48,754 nt of DNA. It comes from Bacteroidota bacterium (GTDB lineage: Bacteria; Bacteroidota; Ignavibacteria; UBA10030; UBA8401). The stretch spans positions 14,226-62,979 of the forward strand of contig JACFMZ010000005.1 in NCBI GenBank assembly GCA_019455105.1. Direction: 5' to 3'. The notes beneath the pieces were generated by a model that searched no databases, had not been told where the DNA came from, and was given only the letters and a program-made list of their open reading frames with translations. Of the stretch, positions 40,704-48,754 are shown in pieces; position 1 is the first letter of the stretch; every line of letters starts with the position of its first letter. The position numbers and the translations under genes were made by a program.

Positions 40704-41900
40704 TTATTTAATGATTACTTTATCACCGACTTGAATTTCTTGTTCTGTTTCGAGCGGTTTTACTGTTGCAAATTTTTCTGATACTTGAATAACGAGAATT
40801 TCACCGAGCTTAGTTACTTTTCGTCCAAGAATTTCTCCGGAAATAGGATGCTTAATACTTTCGCCTTCCCGAAAAACAACACATTTTGTTCCTTTCCGTA
40901 ATCCTTGTGTATTCCCGATATCGATGAACATTTCACTGGATTCAACTTTAATAATGTCACCTTCAATAATCGGCAGTTCATTGTAAAGCATAGTGGCAAC
41001 ATTTTTTACGGCAAAATCCACAACATCTTGGGAAGTCGTATCCGCATTCACATCATGTGCGGCAAGCGTTTCGCCGGTTTCAACATCTACAAGCCTTGCC
41101 GAAATTTTTAAATTTTTTCCTGTATACGAAATATTCCCGACAACCAACGCATCGGCGCCGGTCATCTTTCCAAGTTTTACCGCAGTTTTATCATCAACAA
41201 TTCCGGATGCTTGAATTTTTTGTTCAGAAATAATTTTATCTAGTGCAGAACGTTCAATAACTTTAAATCGGCGCAGATTAACAAGTTCATTAATCATTTC
41301 ATTCGTTACGCCGTCCTTATATTTAATTGTTTGTTTATTCGTTTCGAACGGTAGAACAGCAACAGCTAAGCGTGAACCGACCTGGGTAAGATTACTCGGA
41401 TCATATTTTTTTGTAACAACAATAATGTTTGTTGAAGCAGGTTGAACAATTTTATTTTGCGAAACAGCGTCCGGTTTATACGGAGTTATTTCTTGTGAAG
41501 ACGTTTTTGGTTTTGGTTCTTCCTGTTTTTTAATGGCAATTGGTGTCGGTAAAACACCGCCGGTGATTTTCTTAAAATATTCTACTGCTCTTTCAGTTGA
41601 ACGATATGCAAGCGAAAGTTCCAGCTCTTTCTTTGCATTTTCATTTTCACCGAGCATGTAATACGCAATTCCTGTTTCTCTGTGAGGATAATATTCTATA
41701 AAGTGCGTTCCGTATGTGCGCTTACGCTGCATATCTTCAAATTCCAGCGATGAAGCACTTTTAAATTCTGTAATTGCTCGCTGCCAATCTTGTTTTTCCA
41801 TAAATTCAAGACCAACGCTATAATAATTATAGAACTTTGTCTGCCCTATTAGTGAAACAGAAATTATCAATAAAAAGAAAGAAATATTTTTTATCATCAC
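40704..41900 (-). CDS. Secreted protein: N-terminal TPR-like domain, CsgG/HfaB (TolB-N-like) domain, FlgT-C-like beta domain
   Basis: AVAVLPF, RFKVIERSALDKIISEQ, AVKLGK..GADALVVG, ARLVDVETGE; C-terminal FIDIG...GLRKG, HPISGEILG, IQVGDKV. Start GTG 41900 or ATG 41897. Confidence 0.78.
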   Translation of the reverse strand: MMIKNISFFLLIISVSLIGQTKFYNYYSVGLEFMEKQDWQRAITEFKSASSLEFEDMQRKRTYGTHFIEYYPHRETGIAYYMLGENENAKKELELSLAYRSTERAVEYFKKITGGVLPTPIAIKKQEEPKPKTSSQEITPYKPDAVSQNKIVQPASTNIIVVTKKYDPSNLTQVGSRLAVAVLPFETNKQTIKYKDGVTNEMINELVNLRRFKVIERSALDKIISEQKIQASGIVDDKTAVKLGKMTGADALVVGNISYTGKNLKISARLVDVETGETLAAHDVNADTTSQDVVDFAVKNVATMLYNELPIIEGDIIKVESSEMFIDIGNTQGLRKGTKCVVFREGESIKHPISGEILGRKVTKLGEILVIQVSEKFATVKPLETEQEIQVGDKVIIK

Positions 41901-41917
41901 TTCTCCGATTTGGAAAA

Positions 41918-41946
41918 AGTATAGACAAATAGCGTATTATTGTCAA
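41918..41946 (-). promoter_or_regulatory. Near-consensus sigma70 promoter for the CsgG-like/barrel gene pair
   Basis: TTGACA-N17-TATACT. Confidence 0.75.
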
Positions 41947-41954
41947 TATAATTC

Positions 41955-43115
41955 TTATTTAATGGTTTGTTTTAAAGCGTTCAGTAGAATTTCAAATTCT
42001 TTCTTCCCCGCAATCAACGGCGGTAAAATTCTAATTACAGTATTTGCGGTAGCATTAACTAGTACACCCAGTGCAAGCATTGCTTCAGCAACGGGCGCAC
42101 TCTCTGAATGCAGCTCGATTCCAATCATAAAACCGTAACATCGAATTTCTTTTATGGAAGGATGCTTTAAGTTAATCAATTGCTCCTTAAACCATTGAGA
42201 GGTCTCACGGACATGGTTCATTAACTGGTTGTTTAAAATTGTTTTGATGACGGCAATACCTGCGGCACATGCCACCGGATTTCCGCCGAAAGTTGTTCCG
42301 TGAACTCCGTAGGTCCACACATTTTCTACTTTTTCATTGCCAAGTATTGCACCGAGCGGAAGACCGCCTCCGATCGGTTTTGCTATGGTAACAACATCAG
42401 GATGGAAGTTAAACTGTTCGAAGGCAAACAACTTTCCTGTTCTCCCGATTCCTGATTGAATCTCATCGGCGACAACTAAAAATCCGTATTCGTCTCTTAA
42501 TGCTGTCAAAGTTTCAATAAATTCTTTCGTTACCCCGACAATTCCTCCTTCACCTTGAATAAATTCAAGAAAGACAGCTGCAGTTTCAGCATTTACTTTT
42601 GATTTTAAATCGTGAACATTATTAAACTCAATGCTTCCGAAATTTTCTAGAAAAGGTCCGTATCCTTCACGATATTTTTCTTTATCCATCAGCGAAAGTG
42701 CGCCCATCGATCGTCCGCTGAATCCGTTGGACATTCCAAAAATATTTTTCTTCCCTTTATTACTCCCCCATTTTCGTACCAGTTTAATAGTTCCTTCAAT
42801 CGCTTCCGTACCGCTGTTGGAAAAAAATATTCGCTTGAAACTTGAGTTGTGAATTAATAACTCCGCAAGCTCAATTTGCGGCTCTTGAAGAAAATAATTG
42901 GAAAGGTGTGTATATTTTGATGCTTGTTCTGCAATAGCATGCGTTATCGCCGGATGCGCATAACCTAAAGCATTTACTGCTAAACCGGCGAACATATCAA
43001 GATATTTTTTCCCATCCTTTGTAAAAAGATAGCATCCTTCTCCTTTTACTACTTCCAGCGGTAACCGTTTATACGTTTGAAAAAATATATTATGTTCTCG
43101 TTCTAAAAAATTCAT
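41955..43115 (-). CDS. argD: Acetylornithine aminotransferase (class III)
   Basis: YLDMFAGLAVNALG, FSNSGTEAIE, EFIQGEGG, DEIQSGIGRTG, AKPIGGG, HGTTFGGNP. Confidence 0.88.
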   Translation of the reverse strand: MNFLEREHNIFFQTYKRLPLEVVKGEGCYLFTKDGKKYLDMFAGLAVNALGYAHPAITHAIAEQASKYTHLSNYFLQEPQIELAELLIHNSSFKRIFFSNSGTEAIEGTIKLVRKWGSNKGKKNIFGMSNGFSGRSMGALSLMDKEKYREGYGPFLENFGSIEFNNVHDLKSKVNAETAAVFLEFIQGEGGIVGVTKEFIETLTALRDEYGFLVVADEIQSGIGRTGKLFAFEQFNFHPDVVTIAKPIGGGLPLGAILGNEKVENVWTYGVHGTTFGGNPVACAAGIAVIKTILNNQLMNHVRETSQWFKEQLINLKHPSIKEIRCYGFMIGIELHSESAPVAEAMLALGVLVNATANTVIRILPPLIAGKKEFEILLNALKQTIK

Positions 43116-43726
43116 TGCTCTGCTTCTCTTTCTTTTAAGGTTGAAAATAAGGTGTGATAAAATAGCACTTTCCGTGTTAATTCTTCCGGTGTGCCGTTGT
43201 TCTCCAAAATAAAGTCTGCCAGTTTTTTATGCTCATCATTTGAGAGCTGATACTGCATTCGTCGAGCAATTTCATCGGGCGACGAAGTATCTCTATGAAT
43301 AATTCGCGAGATTCTTATTGCTTCATCGGCAATTATGGAGAATGAATAATCCACAAAGTTATCCATTCCGGATTCGAACAACAGTGCTGCTTCCGCAAGA
43401 CAATATGATGCCTGTGTTTGTAAACGAGATTTCCATTGAAGAAATTCTTTAAATACCAACGGATGAATAATTGAATTTAAAATCTCTAACTGATCCGAAG
43501 ATGAAAAGACGATCTCTGCGAGTTTTTTATGCAGAAGTATTCCATTCTTGTCGTACATACTTCCAAAGTTCTTTTCTATCTCTTTTTTTGCAGAAGAATT
43601 TTGTTGTGCAAGTTTTTTTGCAACGCTGTCAGCATCAAAAACAGAAATATGATACTGCTGCTGGAATAGTTTAGAGACTGTTGTTTTTCCGCTTCCGATG
43701 CCGCCGGTAATGCCTATCGAAATCAT
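43112..43726 (-). CDS. coaE: Dephospho-CoA kinase
   Basis: GITGGIGSGKTT, DAD, LNSIIHP, ALLFE. Confidence 0.95.
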   Translation of the reverse strand: MISIGITGGIGSGKTTVSKLFQQQYHISVFDADSVAKKLAQQNSSAKKEIEKNFGSMYDKNGILLHKKLAEIVFSSSDQLEILNSIIHPLVFKEFLQWKSRLQTQASYCLAEAALLFESGMDNFVDYSFSIIADEAIRISRIIHRDTSSPDEIARRMQYQLSNDEHKKLADFILENNGTPEELTRKVLFYHTLFSTLKEREAEQ

Positions 43727-43731
43727 TTTAA

Positions 43732-45291
43732 CTATTTAGCAAATGAAACAGAGCGCACTTCACGAATAACTACAACTTTTATTTGTCCCGGGTATTCCAT
43801 CTCTTGTTGAATTTTTCGAGCGATATCATGAGCTAATTGATCGGCCATTGCGTCGTCAATTTTATCGTGCTCAACAATTACTCGAATTTCCCTTCCGGCT
43901 TGTAGTGCGTATGTGGCAGAAACACCCTTAAAGGATTTGGCTAACTCCTCTAATTTTTCAAGGCGTTTCACGTAACCTTCAACGGATTCCCTGCGAGCGC
44001 CCGGCCGCGCACCGCTGATTGCATCAGCAGCTTGAACAATAGGCGCTATTGGATGTTCCATTGGTATATCGTCATGATGCGCACCGACGGCGTTGACGAC
44101 TATGCTGTGCTCGTTATACTTTTTAATTAACTCCATACCAAGCAGAGCATGCGGACCTTCTACGCTGCGATCGACAGTTTTACCAATATCATGCAGAAGA
44201 CCGGCACGTTTTGCAAGATTCACATCCAATCCGAGTTCCGACGACATGATGCCGCAGAGATATGCCACCTCAATACTGTGTTGCAATAAATTTTGGCCGT
44301 AGCTCGAACGGTATTTCATTCTGCCAATATGTTTAATTATTTCTTGGTGCGCGCCTGGCAGTCCTACTTCAATAAGTGTATTTTCACCGACTCGGATTGT
44401 TTCTTCTTCTAGTTCCTGTTTTACTTTTTCCACAACCTCTTCAATCCGTGCCGGATGAATTCTACCGTCGGCAATAAGACGCTCTAATGATATTCGTGCA
44501 ACTTCTCGGCGAAATGCGTCAAATCCAGATAAAATAACAGCTTCCGGCGTGTCATCTACGATAACATCTACACCTGTCGCCGCTTCAAAGGCGCGAATAT
44601 TTCGTCCTTCTCTGCCGATTATTCTACCCTTCATTTCATCGCTTTGAATTTGTAAAACACTAACCGTTGTTTCCACTGCATGATCAGCGGCAGATCGCTG
44701 GATTGCCTGAACAATAATTTTCTGCGCTTCCTTTTTTCCATCTTCTTTTGCTTTATCCCTAATTTCTTTTAAGGTTTGCGCTGCTTCAGTCTTTACGGCG
44801 TCTGTTAAGTTTTCCAAGAGAAGCTTTCGTGCTTCCTCCCTCGACATACCGGAAGCGCGCTCCAGACGGATATTTTCCTCCGCTATCATTGCATCTATTT
44901 CTTGCTGTTTTTGGGATAGATTTTTGGAAAGCTCTTCATTACGTCCTTGTAATTTTTGGACTTCTCTCTCCTTTTTATTCAGCAACTCAACTTTTCGGTC
45001 AATATTTTCTTCGCGACTGTTCAGTTGTTTTTCGTATGCTTGAAGTTTATTTCGCTTTTGGTTTGCTTCATTTTCAAATTCATGCTTTTTCTTATACCAT
45101 TCATCTTTCACTTCAAGCATTTTTTCTTTTTGTAATGCAGCAATATCACGGTCGGCATCGGATAATTTCTTTTTTGCCTCTTCCTCGGCATTGGCAATAC
45201 GATTTTTTCCGATTTTATTATTAATAAACCAGCTGGCAAAAAATGATAGGATAAAGAGGAAAGCTCCGAGTCCTAAAATATATACATCCAT
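43732..45291 (-). CDS. rny: Ribonuclease Y
   Basis: N-terminal TM, coiled coil, KH MKGRIIGREGRNIR, HD LLHDIGK, ADAISGARPGAR. Confidence 0.97.
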   Translation of the reverse strand: MDVYILGLGAFLFILSFFASWFINNKIGKNRIANAEEEAKKKLSDADRDIAALQKEKMLEVKDEWYKKKHEFENEANQKRNKLQAYEKQLNSREENIDRKVELLNKKEREVQKLQGRNEELSKNLSQKQQEIDAMIAEENIRLERASGMSREEARKLLLENLTDAVKTEAAQTLKEIRDKAKEDGKKEAQKIIVQAIQRSAADHAVETTVSVLQIQSDEMKGRIIGREGRNIRAFEAATGVDVIVDDTPEAVILSGFDAFRREVARISLERLIADGRIHPARIEEVVEKVKQELEEETIRVGENTLIEVGLPGAHQEIIKHIGRMKYRSSYGQNLLQHSIEVAYLCGIMSSELGLDVNLAKRAGLLHDIGKTVDRSVEGPHALLGMELIKKYNEHSIVVNAVGAHHDDIPMEHPIAPIVQAADAISGARPGARRESVEGYVKRLEKLEELAKSFKGVSATYALQAGREIRVIVEHDKIDDAMADQLAHDIARKIQQEMEYPGQIKVVVIREVRSVSFAK

Positions 45292-45317
45292 AGATTCTCC
45301 AGGTCATTTAAAATAAA

Positions 45318-45554
45318 AATCCGCATCGTAGCAAAGGCAAGTGTAAAAGAAAGAACCCTTTTTTTACACGGTGGGTGTCCGCCTAGTTATTTCTTGTTTC
45401 CTCTGACTGCTAGTCCTTATTAAGGACAACCCGAAGGCTTTTGCAAATTCTCGTGAGAGATGAGGCCTGCAATATTACAACTATGAGTCGAACTCCCTTT
45501 TAGTTAACTAATAGGTTCTTTATTAGTATTTGTCTTACGCTGACGATGCGGATT
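45318..45554 (-). ncRNA. ssrS: 6S RNA, long variant (about 237 nt)
   Basis: Closing stem aatccgcatcgt/acgatgcggatt, inner aagaacc/ggttctt stem, central-bubble motifs AAGGGAG and CACCCACC...GGGTTC; lies between zapA and rny. Confidence 0.85.
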
Positions 45555-45587
45555 ATTTATATTTTTTAAAGAAACAAACTCCTTTCA

Positions 45588-45878
45588 CTATTCCGGGTTA
45601 TGAATACTTGTATCGAGATAATTTGCTATTTTTGAAATTTCATATTCGAGCATAGCGTTCGTCTGAGTTCCTTTATCCCGCTCCTTAAACAAATCTTCCG
45701 TAATGTTTAACGCAGCCAGTACGGAAATTGTCAACGGAGGCTGTTCCGGAATTTTCTCATGAACAGATTGAATCATTGAATCAACATACGCGGCAACCTG
45801 CTTGGTAAACTCTTCGCTTTCTCCGCGTAACGGATACTCTGATCCGAAAATTTTTACACGTACGCTTTTTCTGTCCAT
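45588..45878 (-). CDS. zapA: Cell division protein ZapA
   Basis: V.IFGSEYPL, VAAYVDSMI, VLAALNITEDL. Confidence 0.9.
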   Translation of the reverse strand: MDRKSVRVKIFGSEYPLRGESEEFTKQVAAYVDSMIQSVHEKIPEQPPLTISVLAALNITEDLFKERDKGTQTNAMLEYEISKIANYLDTSIHNPE

Positions 45879-45918
45879 TGAGAGTGAAAGTTATTAGTAA
45901 GTAGTGTTAGTCAGCAAT

Positions 45919-46248
45919 TTACAAATACGAATTAATTTTTTCCAATATCAACTGCAGCTTTTGCTGAAGTTCTTTCTTTTCTTCTTCTGCAACAACTGCG
46001 CTGCCGTTTATCGTACCGGTATTTTCGGTACGTAATTTTTCAAGTTCAGTCCTCTTCACCAGCAGGTCATTATGAGTTTGTTGAAGTTCTTGTGTAAGTT
46101 CTTCGACTTGATATTGTAATTTCTTTTTTTCTTCGCGCAGCGTAGAGATTACAACAGATGCTTCGCGTGCTTTTTCCCATAATATCTGGAGAGCATCTTC
46201 TATGGAACGAGGATTTTCAATAATCGTTTGTTCTTTATTATCATCCAT
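45919..46248 (-). CDS. Coiled-coil protein, ZapB-like
   Basis: Heptad coiled coil between pheT and zapA; call rests on synteny and composition only. Confidence 0.6.
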   Translation of the reverse strand: MDDNKEQTIIENPRSIEDALQILWEKAREASVVISTLREEKKKLQYQVEELTQELQQTHNDLLVKRTELEKLRTENTGTINGSAVVAEEEKKELQQKLQLILEKINSYL

Positions 46249-46253
46249 AAATA

Positions 46254-48683
46254 TTATATTGCCCGCAATGTTGCATGGAATGCCGTGGTAACTCTTTTAA
46301 TGATTTCCGAAATTTCTAATTCTATTTCTGTATCAGTTAACGTTTTTTCCGGAGAAACAAACGACAACGAGAATGCCGCACTTTTTTTATTTTCACCAAG
46401 AGAAGAATGTTCAAACAGATCAAAAAGCCGAACTTGAGTTAAATACTTCTTCTCTTTTTGTATCACAGTTTCAATTTCACCGACACGGACGTTTCTATCA
46501 ACAACAAACGCGAGATCTCTTATAACGATTGGGAATTTTGAATATTCTTTATATGTTTTTTCTTTATTTCTGTATAGTAAAAAATTTAACTCAAGTTCGC
46601 AGAAGTAAACATCTTGTTCTATCTTATCTCTCAATAGTATTCCTTTGTGGCACTTGGTAAGGTAGCCTGCATAAATACCATTGATTTCAATGTTTATTGT
46701 CTCTTTACTTAAAGAACTCGATTTATCATACCAAATTAAATGTATATTGTCAAGACCAAGATATGTTAGAAGTGATTCTATATATCCTTTTATTGAAAAA
46801 ATATCAAATTTCTCACTTTTTTTATACCATGAATCGGCGCCGTCGTTTCCTGAAAGCAAAATTCCTATGACTAATTTTTCCTTAAATCCATTAACAAGCA
46901 CATTTTCGGTTTTTTCATTAGTTAATGAAAATGTCTTTCCGATTTCAACTAAGCGTAAATCATAAATTCCATGATTGTTATTATGCGCCACAGCCTGTAA
47001 CATGGTTGGTAAAAGCGAAGGACGTAAAATACTTAATTCCTGTGTTAAGGGATTTTTTACATGCACCAGGGTATTACCATAATCCTTTGCAATACGTTCG
47101 TCCATTAAGCTGTTCGTTACAATTTCATTAAAACCGTTCGATTCGAACCAAGAGCGAATTTGATTGATTGTCGTAAAATTCTTGTCTACTTTTCCAAATG
47201 ATATTTCACTGGAGAATTTATCTTCAATATTATCATATCCGTATAAGCGGGCAACTTCTTCAATGAGATCCATTTCTTGTTCAATATCCGGACGGAAAGT
47301 TGGCACCGTACATTCAATGAAGTTTTCTTTCTTTTCGACCTGAATAGAGATTGATTGAAGCAATTTACAGATTATATCGTTAGTTAAATCAGTGCCGAGA
47401 ATTTTATTTACACGGTGAGAAGTAATCTGTATTTTCTTCGGTTCAATCTTTTTTGGATAACAGTCAATATACTCATCAGCAACAATTCCACCGGAAAGTT
47501 CTGCAATTAATAACGCGGCTCTCTTTGAAGCTTCATTGGTTATATTCGGATCAACACCGCGTTCAAATCGGTAGGAAGATTCGGTGCTTATGCCAAGCCG
47601 CTTTGCCGTTCTTCGTACGGTTGAGGGATGAAAATATGCCGCTTCTAGAAGGACATCTTTTGTGTTCAATGAAATTTCAGAATTCTCCCCCCCCATCACT
47701 CCGGCGAGTGCAACAGCTCTGATTCCGTCGCAAATCATTAACTCGGTGCCGTTTAATTTGTGTTCTTTTCCGTCTAATGTTTTGAAAGTTTCACCGGCAG
47801 TACTGTCCTTTACAACAATTTTATTGTTCCGGAGAAATTCATAATCAAACGCATGCAGCGGCTGGCCGTTTTCTAACATAACATAATTGGTAACATCAAC
47901 AATATTATTTATCGGGCGAACGCCGGCAGCTTTCAAAAATTTCTGCATCCATTCAGGGGATTCTTTTACTTGAACATTTTTAATTAACCGCGCAACGTAA
48001 CGAGGACATGCAGTTTCATTTTCAATAGTAACAGAAATTTTCTTTTCAATAGTAGAATTTTGAATATCATCAAGGTGAACAATCGGCCGTTTCAGCGACA
48101 CGCCATATGCAGCGGCTGCTTCTCTGGCAATTCCAATATGACTTAAACAATCCGGTCTGTTCGGAGTTATTCCGATTTCTAAACTTACATCAACCATACC
48201 GAGATAGGCAGAGTACGGCATTCCGATTTCAATATTTTCCGGTAATATTAATATTCCGCTGCTTTCTTCGTTAACACCTAATTCTTTTCCTGAGCAAATC
48301 ATGCCGTAGGATTTTTTCCCGCGTAATGTTGCTTCAGAAATAACAAACGGCTTTCCTTTCGGGTCGTGCTGATTATGAGGAACCGTTGCACCGGGCAGCG
48401 CAACAACAACTTTTTGATTTGCAGCAACATTAGGTGCTCCGCAAACAATTTGTTTTACATTACTTTCCTGCTGTGATAATTGAACTTGGCAAACTGAAAG
48501 CTTATCGGCATTTGGATGTTTTTCTACGGAAAGGACTTTCCCTACCACAAAATTTTCGTATTTCTTACTCTCATCTTCAATAGATTCAACTTCTAATCCG
48601 GCAGATGTTAATTTTTGCGATAGTTCTATCGGTGTAGTATTAATATTAACTAAAGTAGATAACCACTTGTAAGATATTCGCAT
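46254..48683 (-). CDS. pheT: Phenylalanine-tRNA ligase beta subunit
   Basis: HPNADKL, IVCGAPN, TPNRPDC, GQPLHAFD, RFERGVD, DLIEEVARLYGY, KFP.V.RDLAF. Confidence 0.97.
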   Translation of the reverse strand: MRISYKWLSTLVNINTTPIELSQKLTSAGLEVESIEDESKKYENFVVGKVLSVEKHPNADKLSVCQVQLSQQESNVKQIVCGAPNVAANQKVVVALPGATVPHNQHDPKGKPFVISEATLRGKKSYGMICSGKELGVNEESSGILILPENIEIGMPYSAYLGMVDVSLEIGITPNRPDCLSHIGIAREAAAAYGVSLKRPIVHLDDIQNSTIEKKISVTIENETACPRYVARLIKNVQVKESPEWMQKFLKAAGVRPINNIVDVTNYVMLENGQPLHAFDYEFLRNNKIVVKDSTAGETFKTLDGKEHKLNGTELMICDGIRAVALAGVMGGENSEISLNTKDVLLEAAYFHPSTVRRTAKRLGISTESSYRFERGVDPNITNEASKRAALLIAELSGGIVADEYIDCYPKKIEPKKIQITSHRVNKILGTDLTNDIICKLLQSISIQVEKKENFIECTVPTFRPDIEQEMDLIEEVARLYGYDNIEDKFSSEISFGKVDKNFTTINQIRSWFESNGFNEIVTNSLMDERIAKDYGNTLVHVKNPLTQELSILRPSLLPTMLQAVAHNNNHGIYDLRLVEIGKTFSLTNEKTENVLVNGFKEKLVIGILLSGNDGADSWYKKSEKFDIFSIKGYIESLLTYLGLDNIHLIWYDKSSSLSKETINIEINGIYAGYLTKCHKGILLRDKIEQDVYFCELELNFLLYRNKEKTYKEYSKFPIVIRDLAFVVDRNVRVGEIETVIQKEKKYLTQVRLFDLFEHSSLGENKKSAAFSLSFVSPEKTLTDTEIELEISEIIKRVTTAFHATLRAI

Positions 48684-48693
48684 AGAGATACTG

Positions 48694-48753
48694 TTAAAAC
48701 TGAGTTAGAAATCTTAAATCGTTTTCAAAAAATGTTCGTATATCATCTACACC
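48694..48753 (-). CDS. pheS: Phenylalanine-tRNA ligase alpha subunit, 3' end only
   Basis: Minus strand reads GVDDIRTFFENDLRFLTQF*, the typical PheS C-terminus, 10 nt upstream of pheT. Confidence 0.92.
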   Translation of the reverse strand, partial: GVDDIRTFFENDLRFLTQF

Positions 48754-48754
48754 G

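Noticed and set aside
40704-41900. Curli secretion system
   Set aside because: No lipobox Cys and no csgA/B/E/F-like genes nearby; only the fold family is shared.
45318-45554. Riboswitch or terminator upstream of rny
   Set aside because: End-to-end pairing, central-bubble motifs and zapA synteny fit 6S RNA better.
1023-47844. Many 60-130 aa overlapping ORFs in the track
   Set aside because: All are nested in or antisense to well-supported genes, and I saw no family motifs in them.
1-48754. Genome-wide stop-codon reassignment (code 4 or 25)
   Set aside because: TGA ends many genes at their expected C-termini (trpE, mutL, ftsY, coaE, dprE1/2-like, LOG), often in ATGA overlaps; TAA is the commonest stop; Trp uses TGG.
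1-48754. CRISPR arrays, tRNA/rRNA genes, transposases, prophage or defence genes
   Set aside because: None seen; nearly all DNA is assigned to genes and the only tRNA-like fold belongs to tmRNA.

Overview
AT-rich chromosomal segment of a Gram-negative FCB-group bacterium, most consistent with Ignavibacteria or relatives (T9SS-type C-terminal domain, Chlorobi-like tmRNA tag, E. coli-type sigma70 promoters, pheST-zapB-zapA-6S-rny order). It is mostly housekeeping DNA; I saw no mobile element, prophage or CRISPR array. Genes converge on a 28-bp dif-like Xer site at 12181-12208 (11 of 12 genes to the left are on +, all 34 to the right on -), so this is probably the replication terminus. Features not in the ORF track: tmRNA, an unusually long branched 6S RNA, the dif site, the pheS 3' end, and three small envelope genes interrupted by single lesions (cvpA TAA, dedA frameshift, OMP in-frame TGA). 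Most interesting: a mycobacterial-type ubiA-dprE1-dprE2 polyprenyl-phospho-arabinofuranose pathway coupled to EamA, ispF, DedA, PAP2 and lnt; a B12 mutase with the isobutyryl-CoA mutase Phe/Gln signature; and a TPR-CsgG-like protein plus FadL/PorV-like barrel module of unknown function. All calls come from motifs read by eye; no searches were run.
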